A stretch of DNA of 64,000 bases from the human T2T-CHM13v2.0 reference genome, Homo sapiens. Below the pieces are notes generated by a model. It was given only the letters and a program-made list of their open reading frames with translations. It did not search any database and was not told the origin of the DNA. The stretch is from assembly GCF_009914755.1 (NCBI RefSeq), contig NC_060926.1; one strand, written 5' to 3'. Shown here one piece after another: positions 27,726 to 40,452 of the stretch. Every line of letters begins with the position of its first letter. Positions within the stretch are counted from its first letter, which is position 1. A program made the translations under genes and the position numbers.

Positions 27726-29189
27726 GAAACCTTCACAAATCTTGCTCTTTTTATTTGGGCAAAGGGAAAATAAATTTTTATTTCAGTGCCTTTTTTGTAG
27801 GTCAAATGGCACTATAAAGAATCTGAGAAGTTTAAAAAATAATTTAATAATAAACAGAGAAAGAACTCTCTGCAAAGAGCATCTATAGGAATCGCCAGAG
27901 GTCATTTAAGGAAACACAGTGGCCTGACATATATATTTTCTTTAAAAGATTTTTCATTTCCCAATAAAAATATTCATATTCATTATTCCATGAACTTTGC
28001 TACTGTTCTGTCTTTGTATAACTTCAAAATCACTTTTTTAATGAGTTCATGAGTTTTACAGTAAACTTTGACTGGTCATGCTAGTTGAGACAGAAGAGAA
28101 TATAGGAAATGAGTATCTTCAAATCACATTTCAAATAATAAGTTATTCTCCCAAAAGTAGGCAGTGCTATGGCTAACCCATGCAATAAATTTATGGGAAT
28201 TAAAAATAGAAATTTTCCAAGCAGGTGCTGTCCAGAACCAGAAGAAATAGCAGAGTAAGCAGAGCTTCCACTTGCCTCTTAAGTGACCTTGTCCAGTGCT
28301 CAATTTATTCAACTATGTGTGATAGCTTGACTTTGAGGAAAATAAAATTTTGCTTGGCAGTTATACTTGGTAACTTAATAGTAGAGGCAAAAATAAAGGT
28401 GTTCCTAGGAAACTAATTCATATTTTACTTTAAATAATTTAATTATTTAAATATCAGTGCAACAAAATTAAAAATATTTAAAATAATTCAATGGTTTAAC
28501 ATTCATAATCCTACCATCCTCTCCCAACTATATCTGTTTTGTATATTATATTAAACATTTATCACACTTACTATATATAGTCCCACAAAAATGCACATAT
28601 TAATTTTCCTTAATAGTAGCCATAAATATGTGCATGTTTCATATAACCTTATTCATTATCTTTTTGATGACCGAAAAACATACCGTTTTAAGTAAATTTA
28701 TTGCAGTGTTTCATGATTAAATTGTTTCTTAGTTTTTGCAGCCTCATTTATCAATGATCACCTTTTTATGCTGTGATCTCAAAGTGCTGGTATTTCAGTG
28801 AAATTACCAAGATTTCTCTCTCTGAAATTATACAGGTGTTATTCTCTACAGAAGGTTTTTCCTCGTGTTCTCCTGCTAATTCCCATTATTTTTTTTCCAG
28901 AGAATCCTGCTCATCCACCATGTCTTAGCTTGTAGGTTACCTCCTATGGCAGATAATGTCACTTAACCAATAGCCAAATGCTACTTGATCTTATTTAAGT
29001 AAATGTTGGACTTTACTAGTAAAAAGCTAATTTTACAATGAGTATGGGCCCTCCACTAGTGTCAGAGTATGAATTATTATAAGATTTACTTAATCATGGG
29101 AATCTTATTCCCTTATGTCAAAAGTTCACTTTATCATCCTGTCACTAATGAGGCCTATGACACCATTCATTCTGGCAAAGGCACTAGTG

Positions 29190-32100
29190 TATTCTCATGA
29201 TTGTGGTAAATTAACTTTTTGATGTGCTGCTGGATTCGGTTTGCTAGTATTTAGTTGAGAATTTTTGTGTCTATATTTATCAGGGACATCGTTTTTTTGT
29301 TGTGTCTTTTTCAGGTTTTGGTATCAGGGTAATGCTGGCTTCCTACAATAAGTCAGGAAGGAGTCTATCCCTCTTAATTTTGTAAAGTAGTTTCGATAGA
29401 ATACGTCCCAGCTCTTCTTTGTATGTCTGGTAGAATTTGGCTGTGAACACATATGTTCTGGGGCTTCTTTGATTTGTATATTTTTTTATTATTGATTCAA
29501 ATTTGGAACTCAGTATTGGTGTGTTCAGAGTTTTAATTTCTTCCTGATTCAATCTTGGGAGGTTGTGTGTTTCCAGGAATTTATCCATTCCCTCTAGATT
29601 ATCTAGTTTGTGTGCCTAGAGGTGTTCATAATAGTCTCTAAAGATTTTTAAAATTTATTTCTGTGGGATCAGTTGTAATATCACCTTTGTCATTTCTGGT
29701 TGTGCTTATTTGGATCTTTTATCTTGGCTAGTCTTGGTTGTGGCCTATCAGTCTTGCTTATCCTTTCAAAGAAACAATTTTTTACTCTGTTGGTTCTTCG
29801 CATAGATTGTTGGGTCTCAATTGCATTCAGTTCTGCTGGGATTTTGGTTATTTCTTTTCTTCTGCTAGACTTAGGGTTAGTTTGTTCTTATTTCTTTAGT
29901 TCCTCTAGGTGTGATGTTTTGTTGTTAATTTGAGATCTTTCTAACATTTTTAGGGAGGTGCTTAGCACTATAAACTTTCCTCTTAACACTACCTTTGCTA
30001 CATCCCAGATACTGTAGTATGTTGTGTCTCTGTTGTCATTTATTTAAAATAAATTGATTTCTGCCTTAATTTCATTGTTTACTGAAAAGTCATTTTGAAA
30101 GAAGTTGTTTAATTTCTATGTAATTGTGTGTTTTTTAGAGATATCCCATGTATTTGTTTCTATTTTTATTCCACTGTTGTCAGATAATATAATTGGTATG
30201 ATTTTGATTTTTAAAAAAATATTTAGACTTCCTTTATGGACAAACACATAACCAACCTTAGAGTATGTTCGGTGTGCTGATGAGAAGAATGTATATTCTG
30301 TGGTTGATGGGTGGGATATTCGGTAGATATCTATTTGGTCCAATTATTCATGTGTCAAGTGTTAGCTTTTTTGATTCAATGATCTGTCTATTGCTGTCAG
30401 TGAGGTGTTGAAGTAACCCATTATTATTTCATGGCTATCTAATTTCTTTCATAGGTCTAGAAGTCTTTTTTAATAAAAATTAATCTGAGTGCTTCAAGGT
30501 TGGGTATATATTTATTTAAGATAGTTAAATCTTCTTATTTAATTGAACCCTTTATCCTTATGTAATGCCCTTCTATATCTTTCTTTTTTTAATGTTGTTG
30601 ACTTAAAATCTGTTTTATCTGATATAAGGATAGCCACCCCTGCTCTTTTTGGTTTTCTATTTGTATATGTGGTCTTTCTCCAACCCTTTACTTAGAGCCT
30701 ATGGGAGTCATTACATTTAAGATTAGTCTCTTGAAGACAGCAGATGGATGGGTCTTATTTATTTTCCTCCAATTTTCTACGATATGTCTTTTAAGTGAAA
30801 CATTTAGACCTTTTACATTAAAGTTTAATATTTATATGTGAGGTTTTGATCCTATCATGAAGTTGTTGCCTGGTTGGTTTGTAATTTCTATTGCATGGTG
30901 CTTTACAAGGTCTGTGGTCTATATACTTAAGTGTGATTTATGATAGCAGGTATTGTTCCTTTGTTTTCATATTTAAAACTCCCTTGAAAATCTCTTGGAA
31001 AGCTGGTCTAGTAGTAACTAATGTCTTTATTACTTGCTTGTCTGGGAAAGATTTTATTTTTCCTTTGTTTACAAAGCTTACTTTGCTGGGATATGAAATT
31101 CTCATTTGGAATTTCTTTTAAAAAATGCTGAATATAGGCTCCTAATCTTTTCTGGCTTGTAATATTTCTATTGAGAAATTTGCTGTTAGCCTGATAAAGT
31201 CCTCTTTGTATGTGATCTTATCTTTTTCTCTAGCAGCATTTAAGATTTTTTTACTTTTGCATTGACCTCTAACAATCTAGTGACTATATGTGCTGATCAT
31301 GTTTGTTTTTCTTAGTGTCTTTCATAAAATACCTCTGGAATTTGTGTATTTGGATATTTATCACTGGCAAGATTATGGGAATTTTCTTGAATTATTCCCT
31401 GAAATATTTTTTCCAAGTTGTTTACTTTTTCTTCTTCTCTCTCAATAGTGCCAGTAATTCATAGATCTGCTTGCTTTACATAATCCCATATTCTCAAAGA
31501 CTTTGTTTATTTTTCTTACTTTTTTAATATTTTTTTCTGACTGGGTTAGAAAGACTGGTCTTCAAGCTCTGACATTTTTTTTCTTCTACTTGGTTCAGTC
31601 TGTAGATAAAGCTTTCAATTATATTTTAAAATTCCTGAAGTAAAATATTTAATTCCAGAAGCTCCAATTGATTTCTTTTTATGATGTTTATCTCTTCCTT
31701 TATTTCCTGCATTGCTTCAGAAATTTCTTTATGTTTATTTTCAACCTTGTCTTGGATCTTGTTGAGCTTCTTTGCAATCCATACTTTGAATTCTTTATCT
31801 GTCATTTCTCAGCTTCCCTTTTGGTTAAGAACCATGACTGGACAGCTAGTGTGATCCTTTAATGGTGTCACTACATTCAGATTTTTTACGGTGCCAGAAT
31901 TCTTTTGCAGGTTCCTTCTCATCTGCAGTTGTTGACACTTCTAATTTTTGTAATTATTTTTGTGCAGGTAGATTTTTTTTTATTCCTGCCCTATAATATT
32001 ATTATTATTTAAAATTTTATTTTCCCTTTCTCCTCTCTCTAGTTGGTGTGATGTAGAGAATGTTGGGTAAGGTTTTATTGCTTTGCTTCTGTAGCCCTAT

Positions 32101-34302
32101 GCACTTTGGTCAGGAGGTTTTATACTGGGCCCTGTGGTTTGACCTACAAGCCAGAAGATGTGCTTATGGCTAACAGGCTGCTGTTCCAGGCAAGTGTGTA
32201 CTGTGAATGTCTGGAGTTCTGCACTGTCAATGTGCAGCCAATATGGCTGAGTACATTGTTTACTAGGAGGAGCCCTCTGTTGCCTCAGACAAAGGGCTGG
32301 TCCATGGAGTCCACAGTGGTTTGATCTCCTTGCTCAGGCTTGGGAGAATGGGGCAAAATAGGTGAGACCAGACTGGGCAGGCTGCCTACACGTCCCCTGA
32401 TAGCACTCAAAAGCACCAGGACTAAAAGAATCCAGTGGGCAGTCAACATATGCCTGGAGGTGTGCCTAGGTGCCCCCAAGTTCTCTGAACAATGAAGGGG
32501 GCAGCCTAAACTCCTAATTCAGAAAACTGAGTGTTCCAGATGCTTGGATATCTGCCTGGATGTGGCATATAGAGGGCCCCACTGCACCACAATCTCTACA
32601 CAGGAAGTGTTGGGCAGCTCAGGCTGCTAATCTGTGTGAATTGGGTGCTCTGAATGCCTGCAGATATGTCTGGGTGTGGGATAGAGAGGACCCTGCTTCA
32701 CCACTGTCTCTGCACAGGAAAGATGGGCTACTTAGGCTGCTGATTAAGGTGAGAGGGTGCCCATAATGCCTGGAGATAGTCCTAGGCATAGAGTGGAGAA
32801 GGCCCCATTTTACCACAGGCTCTGCACAGAAGAGTGGGGCAGCTCAGGCTGCTGATCTGGGTGAGTGAGTGCTCTGAGTTCCTGGACATCTTCCATGTGT
32901 GAAGCAGAGAAGGCCTTGCTTCAACACAAACTCTGCACAGGAAGGGTGGGGAGGCTCAGGCTCCTGGTCCAGTTTAGTGGGTTCTCCAAATAGTTGGAGA
33001 CATACCTGAGCATGCAGTAGTGAGGGCCCCATTGTGCCCAATCTCTGTTCAGGAAGGGTAGGGCAGCTCAGGCTGCCAATCTAGGCAAACAGGTACTCCA
33101 GGTTTCTGGAGATCTGTCTAGGAATGGAGCAGAAAGGACCTGGGTACACCATAGTCTCTTCACAGAAAGGGCAGGGCAGTTTAGGCTGCTTATCCAGGAG
33201 AGTGGGTGCTCCAAATGCCTGGAGGTCTGCTGGGGTGTGGAGCAGAGAGGGCTCCCTTCACTCAGGTCTCTGCATAGGAGGTGTAGGACAGCTCAGGCTG
33301 CCAATCTGGGTGAACAGGTGCTTTGGATGCTTGGAAATCTGCCTAGATATGGAGCACAGATCACCACTGCACTACAATCTTCCCAGGAATGGTGGAGCAG
33401 CTCAGACTGCTGAACCAAGTGGGCAGGTGCTGCAGATGTCTGGAGATCCCTGTGTGTGGAGTAGAATGGCCCACAGCAGCACAATCTATGGAAGGATGAG
33501 GTGACTCAGGCTTCTGTTCCAGGAAAGTATGTGCTGTGAATGTCTGGCTTTCTGCACTGTCAGAGTGCACTCTGCTGCACCACTTCTCAGGGGATTGGGC
33601 TAGGGCACCCAGCAATGAAACACATAGACCAGTTTCAGCTCATCCATTTGGCTCTGGCTGCAAGTCTCATTACTCAGGAGAAACTGCAGCTGTAGCAGCT
33701 CTCCTGTAGCCCCATGACTGTGATGGGGGAGAGCACAATTCCAGCACTTACTGTTGTGCCTTCCACAATACTAGCTATGGAAATATCTACCCCATTCCAG
33801 AGTAAGTGCTCCAGTCTCTGGCCCAAGACTAAAATATCTATATGGCCATGCTGTCAAGTCACCAAGAATGACAGATCTTGCATGTGCCCAGATTAAAAAT
33901 TGCATGCTGCTCTACATCTCAGGTCTAGAATGTCTGCAGCTTTTCCCAGTTTCTTTTCCTTACAGTATCTCCATGCCTCTTCCCAAGTTAACTCCAGTGC
34001 TTGGGAGAAACAAAGTGTTCTCCTCTGTCCTGGGTTGCTCAGATCTCCAGTGGAGAGGTGAGTCACAGAGGGAGGCTCTCTGCCTCTCTCATACACTGGT
34101 GCTTCACTCGCTTTCATCAGCCAGCCACCATCATGGGGGCTATTTGACCTCATTCTCTTCCTCAGTATCTAGGTTATCCTTCATAATTCTGGTGAATTTT
34201 CATTTTCCTTCTCCAATTAAAGCTCACAGTGTTGACCTTTTACATACTATCTTGCTGTTTCCAAGTAGCTGAGGCATGTTAAAAGCGTCTAATCTGTCAT
34301 CT
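29190..34302 (-). mobile_element. Old L1 (L1M/L1MA-like) 5' half: 5'UTR, ORF1, N-terminal ORF2; 3' part missing
   Basis: ORF 29343-29588(-) [18 protein letters not shown] and ORF 30116-30343(-) DIYR...EYTFFSSAH.TYSK are L1 ORF2 motifs; 5' end reads AGATGACAGATTAGA on the minus strand. Confidence 0.9.
32500..33560. repeat. About 112-bp tandem array (9-10 diverged units) in the L1 5'UTR
   Basis: Anchor gctcaggctgc or a variant at about 32617, 32730, 32842, 32954, 33066, 33179, 33291, 33400 and 33504. Confidence 0.9.
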
Positions 34303-34461
34303 GTCAACATACTCCCCAACTCTTCAATTACAGAGTTAGTCTTCAATTACAGGGTTAGTCTTTCAGTCATGTCTTACCTCCACAAAGAATCATCTCTTTA
34401 AACTGTCAGGTGGAGTCTGATAAAGACGGAAACTGACTATATGTATGCAGAAATCTAGAAT

Positions 34462-34500
34462 TAGAGCTGGAAATTACAGCCTATCAACTGTTTTTTTTAT
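34462..34500. mobile_element. Left stub of a MER58A split by the L1PA insertion
   Basis: tagagctggaaattacagcc...ctgtttttt resembles the MER58A start; the rest resumes at about 39829. Confidence 0.5.
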
Positions 34501-36724
34501 TGTTTGTTGTTTCTTAATTATAATTATTACTTTTTATTTATTTAGTTTTATTATACTTTAAGTTCTGGGATACATGTGCAGAACGTGCAGGTTTGTTACA
34601 TAGGTATGTATGTGCCATGGTGGCTTGCTGCAACCATCAACCCATCATCTAGGTATTAAGCCCCACATGCATTAGGTATTTGTCCTAATGCTCTCCCTCC
34701 CTTTGCTCCGACCCCATGACAAGCCCTGGTGTGTGATGTTCCCCTCCCTGTATCCATGTGTTCTCATTTCACCTCCCACTTATGAGAACATGCAGTGTTT
34801 GGTTTTCTGTTCCTGTGTAAGTTTTCTGAGAATGATGGTTTCCAACTCCATCCATGCCCCTGTAAAGGACATGAACTCATCCTTCTTTATGGCTGCATGG
34901 TATTCCATGGTATATATGTGCCACATTTTCTTTATCCAGTCTATCATTCACTGGCATTTCGGTTGGTTTGAAGTCTTTGCTATTGTAAATAGTGCTGCAA
35001 TCAACATATATGTGCCTGTGTCTTTGTAGTAGAATGACTTATAATCCTTTTGGTGTATACCCAGTAATGGGATTGCTGGGTCAAATGGTATCTCTGGTTC
35101 TAGATCCTTGAGGAATCGCCACGCTGTCTTCCACAATGGTTGAACTAATTTACACTCCTACCAACAGTGTAAAAGCATTCCTATTTCTCCACATCCTCTC
35201 CAGCATCTGTTGTTTCCTGACTTTTTAATGATTGCCATTCTAACTGGAGTGAGATGGTATCTCATTGTGGTTATGATTTCCATTTATCTAATGACCAGTG
35301 ATGATAAGCTTTTTTTTCATATGTTTATTGGCTGCATAAATGTCTTCTTTTAAGAAGTGTCTGTTCGTATCCTTTGCCCACTTTTTGATAGTGTTTTTTG
35401 TTTATTTCTTGTAAATTTGAGTTCCATGTAGATTCTGAATATTAGCCCTTTGTCAATAGATAGATCGCAAAAATTTTCTCCCATTCTGTAGGTTGCCTGT
35501 TCACTCCGATGACAGTTTCTTTCTTTTACTGTGCAGAAGCACTTTAGTTTAATTAGATCTCATTTGTCAGTTTTGGCTTTTGTTGCCATTGCTTTTGGCA
35601 TTTTAGTCATGAAGTCTTCACCCATGCCTATGTCCTGAATGGTATTGCTTAGGTTTTTTCTAGGGTTTTTATGATTTTAGGTTTTGTTTAAGTCTTTAAT
35701 CCATCTTGAGTTAATTTTTCTATAAGGTGTGAGGAAGGGATCCAGTTTCAATTTTCTGCATATGGCTAGCCAGATTTCCCAGCACCATTTATTGAATAGG
35801 GAATCCTTTCCCCATTTCTTGTTTTTGTCAAGTTTGTCAAAGATCAGATGGTTGTAGATGTGTGGCATTATTCCTGAGGCCTCTGTTCTGTTCCATTGAT
35901 CTATATACCTGTTTTGGTATTAGTACCATGCTGTTTTGGTTACTGTAGGCTTGTAGCATAGTTTGAACTCAGGTGGCGTGATGCCTCCAGCTTTGTTTTT
36001 TTGCTTAGTATTGTCTTGGAAATATGGACTCTTTTTTGGTTCCATATGAAATTTAAAGTAGTTTTTTCTAATTCTGTGAAGAAAGTCAATGGTAGCTTGA
36101 TGGGAATAACATTGAATCTATAAATTACTTTGGGCGGTAGGCCATTTTCACTATATTGATCTTCCTATCCATGAGCATGGAATATTTTTTCATTTGTTTG
36201 TGTCCTCTCTTATTTCCTTGATCAGTGCTTTGTAGTTCTCCTTGCAAAGGTCCTTCACATTCCTTGTAAGTTGTATTCCAAGGTATGTTATTCTCTTTGT
36301 AGCAATTGTGAATGGGAGTTCACTCATGATTTGGCTCTCCATTAGTCTATTGATGTACAGGAATGCTTGTGATTTTTTGTACATTGATTTTTTTATCCTG
36401 GGGCTTTGCTGAAGTTACGTATCAGCTTAAGGAGTTTTGGAGCTGAGAAGATGAGGTTTTCTAAATATACAATCATGTTGTCTACAAACAGAGACAATTT
36501 GACTTCCTCTCTTCCTATTTGAATACACTTTATTTTTTTCTCTTGCCTGATTGCCTTGGCCAGAACTTCCAATACTATGTTGAATAGGAGTGGTGGGAGA
36601 GGGCACCCTTGTCTTGTGCCTGTTTTCAAAGAAAATGCTTCCAGCTTTTTTTTATTCAGTATGATACTGGCTGTGGGTTTGTCATAAATGCCTCTTTTTA
36701 TTTTGAGATGTGTTCCGTCAATAC
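34500..36724 (-). mobile_element. L1PA7/8-like 3' segment (ORF2 C-terminal part, 3'UTR, decayed tail)
   Basis: ORF 36393-36629(-) [20 protein letters not shown]...[13 protein letters not shown] is L1 RT; 3'UTR ttattatactttaagttctgggatacatgtgcagaacg. Confidence 0.95.
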
Positions 36725-39700
36725 GGGGGCCTGACTGTTAGAAGAAAAGCCAACAAACAGAAAGCAATAACGTCAACATCAACAAAAAGGGCACCCACAC
36801 AAAAACCTCTTGCAAATGTCATCAACATCAAAGATCAAAGGCAGATAAATCCATGAAGATGAGGAAAAACCAGCACAAAAAATGCTAAAAATTCCAAAAA
36901 CCAGGATGCCTCTTCTCCTCCAAATGATCACAACTCCTCTCCAGGAAGGGCACAAAACTGAACAGAGAGTGAGATTAAGGAATTGACAGAAGTAGTCTTC
37001 AGAAAGGGGGTAATAACAAACTCTTCTGAGTTAAAGGAGCATGTTCTAACCAAAGACAAGGAAGTTAAGAATCTTGATAAAAGGTTACAGGAACTGCTAA
37101 CTAGAATAACCTGTTTAGAGAAGAATATAAATGACCTAATGGAGATGAAAAACACAGAAAGAGAACTTTGTGAAGCATACACAAGCATCAATAGCCAAAT
37201 CAATCAAGCGGAAGAAAGGATATCAGAAATTGAAGACCAACTTAATGAAATAAAGCATGAAGACAAGATTAGAGAAAAAGATTAAGATGAATGGACAAAG
37301 CCTCCAAGAAATATGGGACTATGTGAAAAGACCAAACCTACAATAGATTGGTGTACCTGAAAGTGACAGGGAGAAGGTTACCAAGTTGGAAAACACACTT
37401 CAGGATATTTCCCAGGAGAACTTCCCCAACCTAGCAAGACAGGCCAACATTCAAATTTAGGAAATACAGAGAACACACAAAGATACTCCCGAGAAGAGCA
37501 ACCCCAAGACACATAATCGACAGATTCTCCAAGGTTGAAATGGAAGAGAAAAATTTAAGGGTACCTAGATAGAAAAGTCAGGTTACCTACAAAGGGAAGC
37601 TCAGCAGACTAACAGCGGATATCTCTGCAGAAACCCTACAAGCCAGAAGAGAGTGGGGGCCAATATTCAACATTCTAAAAGAAAATAATTTTCAACCCAG
37701 AATTTCATATCCAGCTAAACTAAGCTTCATAAGTGAAGGAGAAATAAAATCCTTTACAGACAAACAAATGCTGAGAGATTTTGTCATCACCAGGACTGCC
37801 TTACAAGAGCTCCTGAAGGAAGCACTAAATGTGGAAAGAAAAAACCAGTACCAGCCACTGCAAAAACATACCAAAATATAGAAGACCAATGATACTATGA
37901 AGAAACTGCATCAACTAATGTGCAAAATAACCAACCAGCATCATGATGACAGGGTCAAATTCACACATAACAATGTTAACCTTAAACGTAAATGGGCTAA
38001 ATGCCCCAATTAAAAAACACAGACTGGCAAATTGGATAAAGAGTCAAGACCCATCCGTGTGCTATATTCAGAAGACCCATCTCACGTACAAAGACACACA
38101 TAGGCTCAAAATAAAAGGATGGAGGCAGATTTACCAAGCAAATGGAAAGCAAAAAAAAAAAAAAAAAAAAAGCAGGGGTTGCAATCCTAGTCTCTGATAA
38201 AACAGACTTTAAACCAATAAAGATCAAAAAAAGACAAAGAAGGGCATTACATAATCAATGAAACATAACCAGGGGATCAATGCAACAAGAAGAGCTAACT
38301 GTCCTAAATATATGTGCACCCAATATACGAGCACCCAGATTCATAAAGCAAGTTCTTAGAGACCTACAAAGAGACTTAGACTCAGACACAATAATAATGG
38401 GAGACTTTAACACCCTACTGTCAATATTAGACAGATCAACGAGACAGAAAATTAACAAAGATATTCAGGACTTGAACTCAGCTCTGGACCAAGCAGACCT
38501 AATAGACATCTACAGAATTCTGCACCCCAAAACAACAGAATACATTCTTCTCAGCGCCACATAGCACTTATTCCAAAATCCACCACATAATTGGAAGCAA
38601 AACACTCCTCAGCACATGCAAAAGAATGGAAATCATAAAAAACAGTCTGTCAGACCACAGTGCAATCAAATTAGCACTCAGGTTTAAGAAACTCACTCAA
38701 AACCGCACAACTACGTGGAAACTGAAAAACCTGCTCCTGAATGACTACTGGGTAAATAATGAAATTCAGGCCAGAAATAAATAAGTTCTTTGAAGCCAAT
38801 GAGAACAAAGACACAACATAACAGAATCTCTGGGGCACAGCTAAAGCAGTGTTTAGAAGGAAATTTATAGCCCTAAATGCCCACATCAGAAAGTGGGAAA
38901 GGCCTAAAATTGACACCCTCACATCACAATTAAAAGAACTAAAGAAGCAAGAACAAACAAATTAAAAAGCTAGCAGAAGACAATAAATAACTAAGACAAG
39001 AATAACTAAAATTGAAGGAGATAGAGACATGAAAACCCCTTGAAAATATCAATGAATCCAGGAGCTGGTTTTTTGAAAAGATTAACAAAATAGGTAGACC
39101 GCTAGCAAGACTAATAAAGAAGAAAAGAGAGAAGAATCAAATAAACACAATAAAAAATGATAAAGGGGATATCACCACCGATCCCACAGAAATACAAACT
39201 ACCATCAGAGAATACTATAAACACCTCTATGCAAATAAACTAGAAAATCTAGAAGAAATGGATAAATTCCTGGGCACATACAGCCTCCCAAGACTAAACC
39301 AGGAAGAAGTCAAATCCCTGAATAGACCAATAACAAGTTCTGAAATTGAGGCAGTATTTAACAGCCTACCAACCAAAAAAAGCCCAGGACCAGATGGATT
39401 CACAGCCAAATTCTAGCAGAGGTACAAAGAGGAGCTGGTACCATTCCTTCTGAAACTATTCTAAACAATAGAAAAAGAGGGACTCCTCCTTAACTCATTT
39501 TATGAGGCCAGCATCATCCTGATACCAAAACCTGGCTGAGACACAACAAAAAAAGAAAATTTCACGCCAGTATCCCTGATGAACATTGATGCGAAAATCC
39601 TTAGTAAAATACTGGCAAACCGAATCCAGCAGCACATCAAACAGCTTATCCACGACGATCAAGTTGGCTTCATCCCTGGGATGCAAGGCTGGTTCAACAT

Positions 39701-39820
39701 ATGCAAATCAATAAACATAATCCATCACATAAACAGAACCAATGACAAAAACCACATGATTATCTCAATAGATGCAGAAAAGGCCTTCGATAAAATTCAG
39801 CACACTTCATGCTAAAAACT
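36725..39820 (+). mobile_element. Inverted 5' segment of the same L1PA (end of 5'UTR, ORF1, N-terminal ORF2)
   Basis: ORF 36983-37285 is ORF1 coiled coil; 37943 MTGSNSHITMLTLNVNGLNAPIK is the ORF2 start; 39579-39815 runs to [14 protein letters not shown]; many stops and frameshifts. Confidence 0.95.
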
Positions 39821-39828
39821 TTTTTTTT

Positions 39829-39989
39829 CAAGTAAAGTTTATTGGAACATAGCAATATCCTTTTATGTTCATGTTGTCTGTGCTTACATTTGCACTGCAA
39901 CAGCACAATTGAATGTACTTGTGACAGAGAACATGTAGACCTCAATATTTGCTATCTTTTCCTTTATAGCAAATGTTTGCCAACCCTTG
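39829..39989. mobile_element. MER58A right part
   Basis: aagtaaagtttattggaacatagc...tgtgacagaga...aatgtttgccaacccttg. Confidence 0.8.
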
Positions 39990-40090
39990 CTCTTGATAAT
40001 CCAAGATCCTCATCACAGAATATGAAAAGGGATCATTTTCTTTAGCAGGAGGTCTACCAAAATTAGAATTTACAGAACAAATGGAGCATA

Positions 40091-40452
40091 CAGTAATTTC
40101 TTCTTATCCACTGTTTTGCTTTCCTCAGTTTTAGTTACCTGGTCAACTATGGTCCAAAAATATTAAAAGTGTCATTCCATAAATAAGGAATTCATAAATT
40201 TTAAAATGCAAGCCATTCTGAGTGGCATGATGAAATCTTGCATTGTCCCAATCCATTCTGCCCAGAACATGAATCATCTCTTTGTCCATTGTATTCATGC
40301 CAGACACACTACCTGCTAGTTAGTCACTTAATAGCAATCTCTGTTATCAGATGGTAAAAAACATAGAATATATAGAGTTCAATATTATCCACAGGTTCAA
40401 GCAAACACTGTGGGTCTTGGAATGTATCCCCTGTGGATAAGGGGGACTACTG
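40091..40452. mobile_element. Tigger7/MER44-family DNA transposon
   Basis: TIRs cagtaatttcttcttatcca ... tggataagggggactactg, with TA on both sides. Confidence 0.88.

Noticed and set aside
32500-33560. CRISPR-like array
   Set aside because: The entire ~112-bp unit is repeated with no unique spacers; there are no cas genes, and the context is primate L1.
36725-39820. Active L1 or intact ORF1/ORF2
   Set aside because: Multiple stops and frameshifts, missing promoter, and ORF2 split by the inversion.
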